DNA of 64,000 nucleotides. Source: the human T2T-CHM13v2.0 reference genome, Homo sapiens. Below the pieces are notes generated by a model. That model searched no databases and was not told the DNA's origin. It saw nothing but the letters and a program-made list of their open reading frames with translations. Positions 16,190 through 30,889 of the stretch are shown here, piece after piece; within the stretch, counting starts at the first letter, position 1; each line of letters opens with the position of its first letter. The stretch lies in NCBI RefSeq assembly GCF_009914755.1, contig NC_060939.1; one strand, written 5' to 3'. Position numbers and translations under genes: made by a program.

Positions 16190-16420
16190 CTTACAGAATG
16201 GTGGAGTGAGGGGGAAGGCAAATTCTCTCCCAAAAAGCAATGATAAAACTGAACAAAACTTTTGTCAAAAACATCCATTTCAGGACTCTGAAACTGGCCA
16301 GAGATGTACAACAAATTTATAAGAGTTTATTCAAGAAAGACTGCTTTCAAGTAATAGCAGTGGAAATTTGGGGTGTGTTAGCCTGGGATTTCTCCCTCTT
16401 TATGTTAAACTTGACAAAGA
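16190..16420 (+). mobile_element. Old L1M 5' end fragment
   Basis: aaaaacatccatttcaggactctgaaact...agagtttattcaagaaa motif. Confidence 0.45.
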
Positions 16421-19302
16421 CCCCAAAGAAACTGTCATATGTATGTTCAAAGAACTCAAGGAAAACTTTTAAGAAGGAAAGGAAATAGGAATGTATGAAG
16501 ATCATGTTTTCTTACCAACTTTGTTCAGCAATATTTTGTGGCTTTCTATTAAGCCATATGACACAACTTTCCTATCTGATATTAACATAGAAACACTGGG
16601 TTTCTTGTGGTTAGTGTTTGCAAAGTGTATTTTTTCATTTTTTTTTTCTTTCAACATTTCTGTGTCCTTGAATTTAAATCAGGTCTCTTGAAAACACCAT
16701 ATCGTTGGGTCAGCTTACCCTGTTTTATGATGTATTTTTCAAGAAGTGCTTAATCTATTTCCTTTTAATGAAATTTTTGATGCAAATGAGTGTACATCAA
16801 CCATCTTGCTATTTGGTCACGATTTGTGTCATCTGACATTTTATCCTTCATTAGTTAGTTTTCTGACTTTTCTGGATGATGTATTTTTATTACTGTCTTT
16901 TTCATTGAGTTTTTAGCTATATCTATATTTTTAAATATTTCTCTTGAAATTACAACATGACTTAAGAAATAGAACTTATTTTTTAGACCAGTTTTAGGTT
17001 CACAACAAAACTGAGCAGGAAATACAGAGTACCTATCTACCCCTCCTCCCCTATCTTCACCACAGGCACAATTCCCCCCTTTATCATTCTCCTGCACCTT
17101 AGTGGTATAGTTGTTATAATTGATGGCCCTACCTTGATGCGTCATCACCACTCCAAGTCATAGTTTACACTAGGGTTCGCTCTTGGCGCTGTATATTCTA
17201 TAGGTTGCGAAAAATGCATAATGACATGTGCCCACTGTTGTAGTATCCTACGGAATGATTTCACTCCACTAAAAATGCTCTGTATTCTGCCAATTACAAC
17301 ATATATTCTTATTAAACATTTTGTCTTGAGATAATTCCCATGCAGCTCAATACTGAGATAGATTTATGTATATTTGTCAAAGATAATACAGAAAGATCCT
17401 GTGTACTCTTTACCTAGGTTCTCTCAAATACAATAATCTTGCAAAACTATACCATGGCAGCCAGGAAATTGACATTGATACAATCCACTGATCTTATTCC
17501 AGTTTCTTCAGTTTTATAGTACTCACTTAGGTGAGTTCAGGTGTGTGTATTCAGCTCTATGCAATTCTATTACATGTGTGGTTTTATGTATCCACCACTT
17601 CAGCCAAGATACAGAAGAGTGCCACCACAGGGATCCCTCACTTTGCCCTTTTATTACAATACTCACTTCCCTTCCACACTGATCCCATTTCTAATCCTGG
17701 CAATCACTAATCTGTTCTCTGCCTCAGTTATTTTTTTAAAATCTCAATAATGTTATATAAATGGAATCATACAGTATGTAACATTTTTGAATTGGCTTTT
17801 TTCTTCACTCACTGTAACTCTCTGGAGATTTATCTAAATTGTCACATATATCAATAGTTTCTTCTTTTTTATTGCTGAATATTATTCCATGGTATTCACA
17901 TATCACATTTTTTTAAAGCCACAGACCTACTGAAGGACATTGCTTCCTAGATTTTGTTTTTCTTGTTATTATGAATAAAGTTGCTAAAAACACTTGTGTA
18001 CTGATTTTTATGTGAACCTCAGTTATCGTTTCCCTGGAATAAATGCCCAAGAGTGCAATTGCTGGATCGTATACTAATTGTATAGTTATTGTATAAGAAG
18101 CTGCCAAACTGTTTCCTAGAGTGACTGTACTAATTTACAGTCCTTCCAACAATGAGTAACTGATTCAGTTTTTCTGCATGCTTGCCAGCATTTTATGCTG
18201 TCACATTTTTGTTTTAGCCATTCTGATAGCTATACAGTGATATCTCATTGTGGTTTTAATTTGCATTCCTCTGGTAAACAATGAAACTAAACATTTTTAT
18301 GTGCTTATTTGCCATCTGTATATTCTTTTCAGTGAAATGTCTATTGATATATTTGGCTTATTTCTAACTGGATTTTTGCTTTTTTACTGTTGTGTTTTGA
18401 GAATTCTTTACATGGTCTACAGGGTAATACTTTTTTGAGTATGTGTTTTGTAAATACTTTCTCACAGTATGTAGTCTGCATTTTCATTGTTTTTACAGGG
18501 TCTTGTGCAGAGTAAAAGTTTTTAATTTTGATGAGGTCCAGTTTTTATCTTTTTTTCCTTTAAAGGATCGTGCTTTTTGTGCCTAAAAAGTCTTTCCTAG
18601 CCCTAGATCTCAAACACCCCTCCTGCTTTTTTTTCTAAAAGTTATACAGTTATAAATTTAAGTCTGTGATCCATTTTGAGGTTTTTCTTTTTATATATAA
18701 GGTGTGAGGTTTTGGTTGAGATTCCAATTGCTCCAAAAGATCTACTTCTTCCATTGAGTTGCTTTTGCCTTTATGTCAAAAATCATTTCAGGATATTTAT
18801 ATGGGTCTATTTATGAGTTCACTATTTTGTACCACTGATTTACATGTTTGCTTCTTTACCAATACTACACTTTCTCCATTACTGTAGCTATGTAGTAAGT
18901 CTTAGTATTGGGTACAGTGTTTTCTGTCACTTTATTCTTATCTTCCAAGATTATTTTTTGTCTACTCTAGGGTCCCTGCTTGTCCATATAATCTTTAGAA
19001 TAAACTTGTCAACATCTACAAAAACTTGCTTAGATTTTGGAGGGAATTATATTAAACCTATAGGTCAATTTGGAGAGAAAGTGTACTCACCATGTTGAGT
19101 CTTTAAATGAACATAGTACCTCTCTCCACTTATTTAGGTCTCTGATTTCTTTCATTAGTATTTTGTCATGTTCAGCATTCAGATACTGTACACTTTTTGT
19201 TGGGTTTATATCTAAGTACTTCATTTTCTTTGGAGTAGTTGTAAATGGTATTGTGTTTTTAATTTTGGTTTCTGCATACTCATTTTTAGTATATAGAAAT
19301 AT

Positions 19303-19898
19303 TGAGAGGTGAAGTCAGCTGGACTTCCTGGGTCGAGTGGCGACTTGGAGATTTTTTGTGTCTAGCTGAAGGATTTTAAATGCACCAATCAGCACTCTGT
19401 AAAAACGCACCAATCAGTGCTCTGTGTCTAGCTAAAGGATTGCAAACACACCAATTAGCACTCTGTAAAATGGACCAATCAGCACTCTGTAAAATGGACC
19501 AATTAGCGCTCTGTAAAATGGACCAATCAGCAGGACGTGGGCGGGGTCAAATAAGGGAATAAAAGCTGGCCACCCCCAGCCAGCAGCAGCAACGCGCTGG
19601 GGTCCTCTTCTGTCCCGTGCGTAGTTTGTTATTTCGCTCTTCACGATAAATCTTGCTACTGCTCACGCTTTGGGTCCGCACCACCTTTAAGAGCTGTAAC
19701 ACTCCGTGAGGAGGTCCACGGCTTCGTTTTTGAAGTTAGTGAGACCACGAACCCACTGTCAGGCAGAAACATCTGAAGGAACAAACTTCGGACATAACAT
19801 CTTTAAGAGCTGTAACACTCACTGTGAAGGTAGGCGTGGCTTCATTCCTGAAGTCAGCGAGACAAAGAACCATCCGGAAGGAACCAACTCTGGGCACA
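19303..19898 (+). mobile_element. Solo LTR12 (ERV9; LTR12F-like)
   Basis: TG...CA ends (tgagaggtgaag...ctctgggcaca); tandem ccaatcagcactctgtaaaa units; gagctgtaacactc repeats; near-TSD atat/atgt. Confidence 0.95.
19385..19600 (+). promoter_or_regulatory. LTR12 promoter: six CCAAT (NF-Y) boxes, a GC box and a TATA-like AATAAAA
   Basis: CCAAT at 19385, 19410, 19451, 19475, 19499 and 19523; GGGCGGGG at 19539-19546; AATAAAA at 19558-19564. Confidence 0.75.
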
Positions 19899-22509
19899 AT
19901 GTGATTAATATTTTTTGTGTTGATGTTGTATTCTGTTACTTTGCTGAAGTGACTTTTAGTTCTAGACCTTTATTTTTGTATATTCCTTGGAATATTCTAT
20001 GAAGATGATCATGTCATCTGCAATTGGAGGTAGCCTTATCTTTTCCTTTCTCTTCTGCATGTTTTTGCTTTTCTCTCCTTGCATTATTGCAGCAGATAAA
20101 ACTTCCAATATTATGTTAAATACAAGTGTTGAGAGGCGGAATCCTTGTTTTGCTCCTGATCTTAGAAAGAAAACATTCGGTTTATCACCATTGAGTACAA
20201 TGTCAGCTGTAGGATTTTGTAGGTGTTTTTTATCGAGGTCACTTAGTTCTTCTGTATTCCTAATTTAGGGAGTTTCTAGCATGTGTCAGTACTAAATTTT
20301 GTCAAATTCATTTTTGTGTCATTTCCTTCTTTAGCCTGTTAGCATGGTGGATTACATTAATTGATTGCAAATGTCAAACCCACCTTACATTCCTGGAATG
20401 AATCACACTTGATCACTATTTAAAAATGTTTTTGTACATTTTTGTATTTAATTTGCTAATATTTTGTTGATGGCTTTTGTGTCAAAGTTTATGAAAAACG
20501 TTTGTCTATATTTTTCTTCTTTGGTACTGTTTCTGTCTTGTTTTGGTATCCGCCTTATAAAATGAAGTATGAAGTGTTCCTTTCTCTTCTATTTTCTAGA
20601 AGAAATTGTGTAAAATTTCTGTCAGTTCTTTAAATATTTGGTAGAATTCTCCAGGGAAATGAAGTGGAGCTGCAAGTTGTTTTTTAGGAGCTTTTAAATT
20701 ATGAATTCCATTTTTAAATAGTTTTCTTTACTAGAACCACTTAGATTATCTGTTTCGTGTTGGTTGCATTTTGGTAATTTTTGGTTTTTGAGCAACTGAT
20801 TCATTTTTTCTACATTGTCAAATTTATGAGCATAAAGTTGATTATAATATTCCCTTTCTGCCATTTTAATGGCTGTGGGCTTTGTGGTTAGTTTCATTAC
20901 TGATACTGTTGATTTGTGTCTCTTCTGTTTTAATTTTGCCAGTCTTGCTAGAGTGACATTGATATTTTTGAAGAAGCAGCTTTTTGTTTTATTTTTTCTA
21001 CTTTCCTGTTTTCCGTTTAGTTGATTTCTGCTCTCACCTTTATGATTTCCTTCTGCTTGCTTTGGGTTTCTTTGGCTAATCTTTTTCTAGTTTTTTGAGG
21101 GGAAAAACTTACTGTTTTGAGTCCTTTCTTCTTTTCTAACATAAACGTTTAGGGTTATAAGATCCCCCTCAGCTCTGCATTAGCTACATCCCACATATTT
21201 TGATCTATTGTCTTTTTATTCTTATTCAATTCTATGTGTACTTTTTGAAATTTCCTTGGATCTCCTTCTTGACCATAGACTATTTAAAGGTGTATTATTT
21301 AATTTCAGAGTATCTAGAGATTTTTTTCTGTTGTCTCTCTAGGTCATGTACTTTTAACTTATCACAATCTATTTGTGAATAGTATTGTGAAACTTCATTT
21401 AAAAAGTGTAAGAAACTTACAACAGTGTAATTCTATTTTCCCCTCAATCTGGAGTTGAGCTGGTTTTGGTCTGGGTTGTAGATTTAATTAATTTCAGTTT
21501 ACCACAGGTTTCATATATTTCAAAGGTAGCAGCCAGGGCCCTCCTTTCATTAGGAATAGAGAGCTAAGACTCTGAGGTCTCCCTAAGCTTTCTCGCTCAT
21601 TTCCAGCTTCCCGTACCTTGGAAGAAATCCATGTTGCAGCCTGCCCCGGCTTCCGACTCCACAGGACCTCTCCTTCTGTCTGCCATCCTACCCTGTCCCA
21701 GGTGCCCAGCCATCACTCTGTATTTGAGATGAAATGTCTGAACGAAAAGATTTATGGGGCACGTAGATGAGTGTACTTTGGGGGCGCTTCTGGGTTTGAA
21801 TCCATCACGCCTGGCCTACAGGGTCCTTCTAGATTTCTTTGGTTTCTTTTTGTCTCAGCCAAGAGCCGAGTCCTCCCTGCTTATGGCTGGCTTGTTCTTC
21901 CCACCACACCCCAGAGATAAAAGCAGTTGCAGGTTTTTATTGCTTTGGACAGGCTCGTCCCTCCCTTGAATGTTGTGCGTTTAGACTTCTATGCATTTTC
22001 AGGTCTCTACTGATTGTCACGTGTGATGATTGGAATAAATCAAGATTTCCTCATTGTTATATTGCGAGCAACAGCTTTTTACAACCTTTTACACTCTAAC
22101 AAGAAGCAGAGCTCCCACTATTCTGTTTAACCAGCAAAACCTCTCAGCAACCTCATCTGTCACCCATGGCCTTGGAGTTTGGGAGCTAATGGTTTGGTTT
22201 CCAACATGTTTGAAAAAAATGTCATAATGCCTCCCCCATAATTTTGTCACAAATCGTATCTGTCTTTTCCAAAGTGCTACTCTCAGAAAAAGATACCTCT
22301 ATCTCACAGATACAAAAATTCGGGGAAATCTTAGTTATTCCAACAGGTTGAGTAATTCTACTTTTCTCATTCAAGGCTGGAATTGGACACCTATTAATAT
22401 TAGACCCTCATGTAAGTGGTACCTAAATTCTCACCTCTCCATACATGAATAAGGTCACAACTTTAACTGCTATGTCTTGCTTCAGAAGTTGGGCTAAGTA
22501 GGACTTCCT

Positions 22510-22680
22510 CTAAGTTAAGCACTATTCTGAGCACTTCAACAGACCGAGTCTTTTATAAGACTTACCTATCAACAACCTTATAAGGCAAGTATCATTATAA
22601 TCCCCCTTTCAATGCATAGATACCTTGAGTGATGTGGCTAACGACCCATGGTTAGAAACCGAAGACAGGAAGTGTAGAGT
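22510..22680 (-). mobile_element. MIR fragment
   Basis: aagcactattctgagcactt...caacaaccttataaggcaagtatcattataatcccc. Confidence 0.6.
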
Positions 22681-22682
22681 CA

Positions 22683-22974
<292 letters not shown>

Positions 22975-23289
22975 AAAGACAATGATCTTTTCTTTTCCTC
23001 TAAGCTATATTGCCATGCACAGTCTGTGCCTCATTACCATTGGGTCATAATGTCTATGGCTGAGCCAATGATGCCTAATTTAATCATTTTGAGGAGTATG
23101 GTCAAGTCAGTTGCAGTCACAAAGAGAACACCTCTGGTTTGTACCATTTTTTTATTTGTTTGCTTTGGTTCAGAATTCTGTTTTTTAAAATGATTTCTTT
23201 TACTCTTACTATTATTTTATTACTGTTACTTTAAAAATTGTCATTACCCCATCCTATCTCCTTATCTACCCAAAGCTAACCTTGACATT

Positions 23290-23960
<671 letters not shown>

Positions 23961-24032
23961 GTGCCCTGCCAAGACATGTTTTTATGATTTTACTAAATGT
24001 GTTATATAAAATATATCTCTAAACCATATGTG

Positions 24033-24388
24033 AATTGGTTCTCAAAGTGTGATCCCTGGATCACAAAAGGGTGAAAGCAAGATAAAATGGTTTCAGTCTT
24101 TTGGGGGGAAATAAGATAAAATATATTTACATAATAATACTAAGACATTATATGAAATTTTTTTACTCTCATTCTTTCATGAGGATACAGTGGAGCTACC
24201 TAAAGGTGTAAATGCTCTGATGCCTAAGGAAATGAATACTTGCATTCTTGTGTTTCAAAACTTTTTTAGCTTTAATTTCTTATATAGAAAAAATTAATAA
24301 ATGCAACCCAAATGAAATAAATCTCTTTGGAACTTCAATAATTTTAGGAGAGTAAGAGATTCCTAAAACCGAAAAAGAGAAACATTGA
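24033..24388. mobile_element. hAT-Charlie non-autonomous DNA element
   Basis: Ends ...tggttctcaaagtgtg and gagaaacattg resemble Charlie TIRs; internal cataataatactaagac motif. Confidence 0.6.
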
Positions 24389-24464
24389 TGTAGTTTGCTG
24401 TTTAGTACATTTATAAATTTTACTTAAGTGATATTTGGTGACTTGCTTTTTAAATTCAACATTC

Positions 24465-25129
24465 CGTTGAGGTCTATCCCGATAGGTCTTTTCCTGTAGC
24501 CTGCACGTTGTTGGAAATGCCTCATAGAGTAACTCTGTGATTTTACTTTACTTACAGGACTATTGTTACATCTGTGGGAAGGAACCACAAGACAGTTGCT
24601 GAAGTATGAAAAAGACAGTTACTAAACTGTCTTTAGTTCAGTAACTGTCTTAGTAAAGACCTGATAATTTACTTTTTTACCTTAGGTATTGGCATATTCC
24701 ACACATCTGTACTATTCTTGAATTTGATCACTTAGGAACGAATATGATTGGAACTCATTCATGTTTAGAGAGGGTGTCAAATTGAGAACCAGGCAGATCC
24801 ACCTACACTAAAAATGACCCTAAAGTAAATTGGTGGAAGAAATCAGATCCCAAAGACTACTGGTGAATTTTGAAGTCTTCGTCAGTATATCCATATTAAA
24901 AGGAGATGACAGAAGCCAAAATAAAAGAATTATGGGTTGACAGGACAACTGGATTAAAATAAATGTCAGTTTCATTTGAAAGGGCTAACTTGAAGGTAAT
25001 TTTTGAAAATAAATTTTGACTCCAGCTCTTCAGAGGATCTAAAGTGACCTTGATGGGCAGTGGAAGAAATCAAAACATGAAATTCCTTGAATAAAAATTT
25101 ATTGACTTTACAAAATAAGTAAATAAATG
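24465..25129 (+). pseudogene. snoRNA retroposon: snoRNA, downstream intron remainder, spliced host (TAF1D-like) 3' exons and poly(A)
   Basis: TSD aattcaac(a/c)ttc at 24453-24464 and 25130-25141 after a tttt/aaa L1 EN site; branch-like ctgAt, pyrimidine tract and AG at 24661-24685; AATAAA at 25090-25095; decayed A-tail at 25112-25128. Confidence 0.85.
24466..24597 (+). ncRNA. SNORA18: SNORA18 (ACA18)-like H/ACA snoRNA retrocopy, 132 nt
   Basis: Closely matches the recalled SNORA18 sequence; two hairpins (tgaggt/gcctca; tgtgatt/aaccaca and cttacagg/tctgtggg); H box AGAGTA at 24526-24531; ACA at 24592-24594, three nt from the end. Confidence 0.9.
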
Positions 25130-25962
25130 AATTCAACCTTCTCTCGCTAAGTTAGTGTATGAAAGTGGGTACACATTAGACTGAGCTCATTCCTTTCAGC
25201 TGTTTATACTGTTATAAAATAGTTTCAAAAAGCGGAAAATACCTGCTCTTCAAAGTTTTTGGAGCATGTGACTTTATAAAGCATATGCATTTGATCACCT
25301 TCCCAAATGCCTTTCTTGTGCCAATGAATAATACATTTGCTTCACAATTGAAGTAATATACCCTCCTGCTCTGCTTCCTATCCTATTGCCAAATTCAGTG
25401 ACTGAATGGGCATTTTCATATTCAGTCCCCTAACTATGACCTCTCGATTTTACAGAGAAGCTTAATCCCGGTTAGTCTCATTCTCTCACTGGGGATTCTC
25501 TGTTTCCTTGAGGGGCCTCTGAGATGAGAACAGCTTTGCAAGGACTGGGAACCTGTGATGAGCATAGTGTTGGAAACACTTGAGGCCTTTGTTCTTCCAG
25601 AGTAGACATCTCCAACTCCCAGGGACCCCTGCTTTCCCTCTGTCCCTGAATGCTGATTATGGGTCATGAGATTATGTAACAGACAGTTCATACCCTCTGC
25701 ATGCAATTTTTTCCTACATATTTTGTTAGGGAAAAAATAAAATATACACAGTAGAGAGACTAGTATACTAGTAATCTAGTGTACTAATAACCTAGCTTCA
25801 AAATTGCCAACACATGGTCCATCTTGTTTCATTCATTTCTTCACCCACTCCACACTCTCCCCACTGCGTTATTTTTAGTCAATTAGTAGACATCATACAT
25901 AAATCCTACAGTACTTGTCTCCGAAACACATTGATTCTTTTTTAGAAAACATAACTGCCGGG

Positions 25963-26603
<641 letters not shown>

Positions 26604-27304
26604 AAAAAACATAACCATAATACTGTTACTTATACCTGAAAGTCTACAATTCTTCAATATCACCGAGTTATCCAGTCAGCATTCAAACTGCTCATTTCGC
26701 ATCAAAAACGTTTTTATAGCCGGTTTTTTGGAATTAGGATTCACAAAAGGTCCAGACATAGATTGGTTATGTCTCAAATCTATCTGTAGGTTTCCCCTTC
26801 CCTATTTTTATATCTTGCAAGGTGTCTGTTAATAAAACTGGATCCTTTGCCCTGTGGAACATCCCACAGTCTAGATATTGCTGATTGCAGCCCTGGAGTG
26901 TTGAACACGTTCCTCTGTCCCTTGTATTTCCTATAAACTGGTAGTAAAACATGGTCTTAATTAGATTCAGGCTCAATATTTCTGGCAGGAACGCTGTATG
27001 TTTAGTGCATTTGCTTGCTATTATGTTGCATCAGGAGATACCTATTGTCTATCTCCTTTTTTGATGTTAATATTGATCTGTGGGTTCAGATGTTATCAGG
27101 ATGATCTATCCATTATAAAATTTCCTATCAAATAATAGTTCCAGCTGCCAATGATGACCATTGCCTGCATACATTACTTCATTAGGGGTTTGAGAAAGCA
27201 AATATTCTAATTCGATCATTTCTTCTGAATTCATTAGCTGTAAAGGAATGCATGCTCATCAGCTATTGGGTTACCGTGAGTTATGAGTCAAAAGGCAAAT
27301 GAGG

Positions 27305-27755
27305 TGAATTGTGCATGTGGCATTCCCCCACCCACTCTCCATGTGCTCAGCCTTGTCTGTGCCCTCATGGGCTGCATCAAAGGCTCTGTTGCCCACTGGA
27401 TTCTGCTTGGGTATAGCTCATGGGAGTCCTGGAATGAGATCAAAGGGAGGAAGGAGAATGAGGATGGAGTTTATTCCCCTGTTTCCTTCCCTGTGCTGTG
27501 CCCCGGCGGGCTGCATCCATTACAGCTGTCTCTGCACAGACCTCTCTTACCTGGGTTTTGATAACCACTCCTTCCTTTGCTCCTCCGATCTGCATGAGAT
27601 CATGGCCCCCTAAATGCCGTGGTGATCATGGCATCGCCACCCTGTGGTGCTGCCCTATTCCTTGTGGTTTCCCTACAAATACTGCCCGTAGCTTTTATAC
27701 AACCCTTTTACTAAGTCTCATATTACAAAATTTGACTGTAGTGCCTGTTTCACAT
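27305..27755 (+). mobile_element. ERVL solo LTR (LTR33-like)
   Basis: ggctctgttgcccactggattctgcttggg...gagaatgaggatggagtttattcccc resembles LTR33. Confidence 0.6.
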
Positions 27756-27784
27756 TGGGAGGTATATTATCCTTCCCCTCTTCC

Positions 27785-28733
<949 letters not shown>

Positions 28734-29314
28734 TAATCTGTTGTCTAAATCTAATTTCTATGATGAGAGTTCCCATTTTTAGGAATGCTCCTTGGTTACT
28801 TTCAAATGTGCTCTGTTTTTACAGTCTTGTCTTTCTTCAGCATACTTTTCACCCCCTCTTTATGACCTCAAACATTAAATGTGTGTATTTCATGCTCTGC
28901 GGCATAATTCCAATATCTTCAGGCTTTATGTATCAGCTTCTGAAGTTTGTGGTTTCTGCTGACGTGTGTTCGTGATGGCTTTTTTTCCTTCACAAATTCA
29001 GTCATTTGGATGAGCTCGTGTTCTTTGGAATTTTGTGGGAACTTTTAGGCCTGAGTTTAAAGCATGTTTTTGTGGAGAGGATTTTCGAAGAACTTTTTTT
29101 CAGTACTCTATCCTGCAGCACCCCTGAGAGAGCTATATAGACCTGCAACCCGCTCTGCAGAGGAGTTGTCACCTGGTGCACCCACTGAGGAGCTGGGTTC
29201 CATTCAGCCCCTCTCTCCTCTTGCTGTGCAGGCTCTCTATGCCTCTCCACCTGAGTTGTATGCTATAACTCTTGCTTTAGATTTAGACTAAGGATTTTTT
29301 GTTTATTGCACAGC

Positions 29315-29401
29315 TTGTCTCCAACTCATGGACTCAAGCGATGTTCCCAACTCAGCCTCCCAAGCAGCTAGGATTACAGGCTTGAGCCACCACGCCTGGC
29401 T
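29315..29401 (-). mobile_element. Alu left-arm (FLAM-like) fragment
   Basis: ctcaagcgat...ggattacaggcttgagccaccacgcctggc. Confidence 0.75.
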
Positions 29402-29590
29402 AGACTAATGATTTTCAGACAGAATGTTGCAAACTCTTAGTAGTTCATGCTTATTTTAATAGATTACAAACAGGATTTTAAAAACAGACAAGAATAATAT
29501 AACAGAAAAATAAAATGTTTGGCTGCCTCACAGACAGGGTTGTTTTGTGAAATTCAGTTTTAGATATAAACGTGTGGGTGCATGTTCATG

Positions 29591-29592
<2 letters not shown>

Positions 29593-29622
<30 letters not shown>
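29593..29622. repeat. (TG)15 microsatellite
   Basis: Perfect TG run. Confidence 0.95.
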
Positions 29623-29625
<3 letters not shown>

Positions 29626-29739
29626 TTGAAGGTATGTGCACTGGGTAAAGACATATAAAGTTAGAAAAACACTGCTGTAGATCAGCAGGGACCAGAATAT
29701 ATCCTCAGGACAAACTCTAGCTCTTCGTGTTTTCTCATT

Positions 29740-30870
29740 TCTGACTACATTGTGTCATTGAAGAAATCTTTACTACTTTATGGTTATAAAGTAAATCTCC
29801 TATACTCTCTTTTTAAACTTTATTGCTTTGCTTTTTGCCTTAAATTTATAATCCACTTGGAGTTGATTTTTACGTATATGGTGAATTCAGTACAGTTGTT
29901 CCCCCTTATCCACTCCCGTGTTCTTTTGACACAAACCTATTAGTGTTTGATAGCTAACTTGCTTTCTGGCACACAAAAATCCCAGATTCATGTAAAGTTT
30001 TTATCCCAAACCTGTAATCGTTTATTTCGCCAAGGGTCCCTGGTTCTTTTCTTAAGGCAAATGATACATACCACAATTTGTGTCCCAGAGGTGTTCGCTT
30101 TTATGTCATAGGCATTACTTTTAAGTTTTGAGTGGGCAGAGCTGGGAAATGCATTTACTTTTTCAAAAGGAGAGACAAGAAAAGAGATTGTACTAATGTT
30201 TCCAATTCAAATGTAAGTCTATAGGAGTTTTACTTAACTTCTTCATACTTATGTTAGAAATCTTGGTTTCTGATGACAGTAACCACTATTTGCTTCATTA
30301 TACTATATATGCACACACGTAACTGTTTTAAAACAATACTAATATTAATAATAAAAAGTACACTACTGAGTAACAATAGTTCTTTTAGTTCAGTGCATCT
30401 ATCTCACTGAGGGTGTATAGTTAAAGTGTTGTGGTTGGGGTCACTTGAAATAAATCTTCCTGGAAAGTTTTTGCCACCAACTTCTAAACCATTGGGATTA
30501 GTCACATCAGTCCTTACTGATGGACTTTCAAGGTTGTCTTTTGCTGTCATAAATAGTGCTGTGATACATAACCCTGCACATATGTCACTTCATATATTTG
30601 CAGTGTGTTTTATGGATAGATTCCTAGAAATGGGATTCCTAGGGAAAAGATAAAACATTTTTCTTGATTTTGTGAAATTCCCCTCTGTTGGCATGGGGGC
30701 ATTTCATACCCCCACATTATATGACTGGGAGTGCCAGTGCCAGTTTTTCCACAGCTTTAATGTATATTTTTAAGCTTTTGGGACTTGCCAATCTGATAGG
30801 TGAGAAACGGTATCCCAGTGTAGTTTTAATTTGCATTTTTCTTATTATGGTAATATTGAACTCAGCCTCA
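29740..30870 (-). mobile_element. Old L1ME fragments
   Basis: ggatagattcctagaaatgggatt; ttgccaatctgataggtgagaa...gttttaatttgcattt. Confidence 0.65.
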
Positions 30871-30889
30871 TAAGGTGTCTACTGTTAAA

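Larger units (their letters stand above)
16560..21450 (-). mobile_element. Old L1 (L1MC/MD-like) 3'UTR and ORF2 fragments, interrupted by LTR12
   Basis: Antisense L1 3'UTR (ttttaggttcacaacaaaactgagc; gtgcaattgctggatcgtat) and ORF2-like peptides (YNQLYAHKFDNVEKM). Confidence 0.85.

Noticed and set aside
17522-17546. Perfect donor ag|gtgagt
   Set aside because: It lies within antisense L1, upstream of the LTR12, with no supported acceptor or promoter
19380-19535. Periodic 24-bp repeats (CRISPR-like) and the repetitive DQSALCKM peptide
   Set aside because: These are standard LTR12 U3 tandem units with no unique spacers
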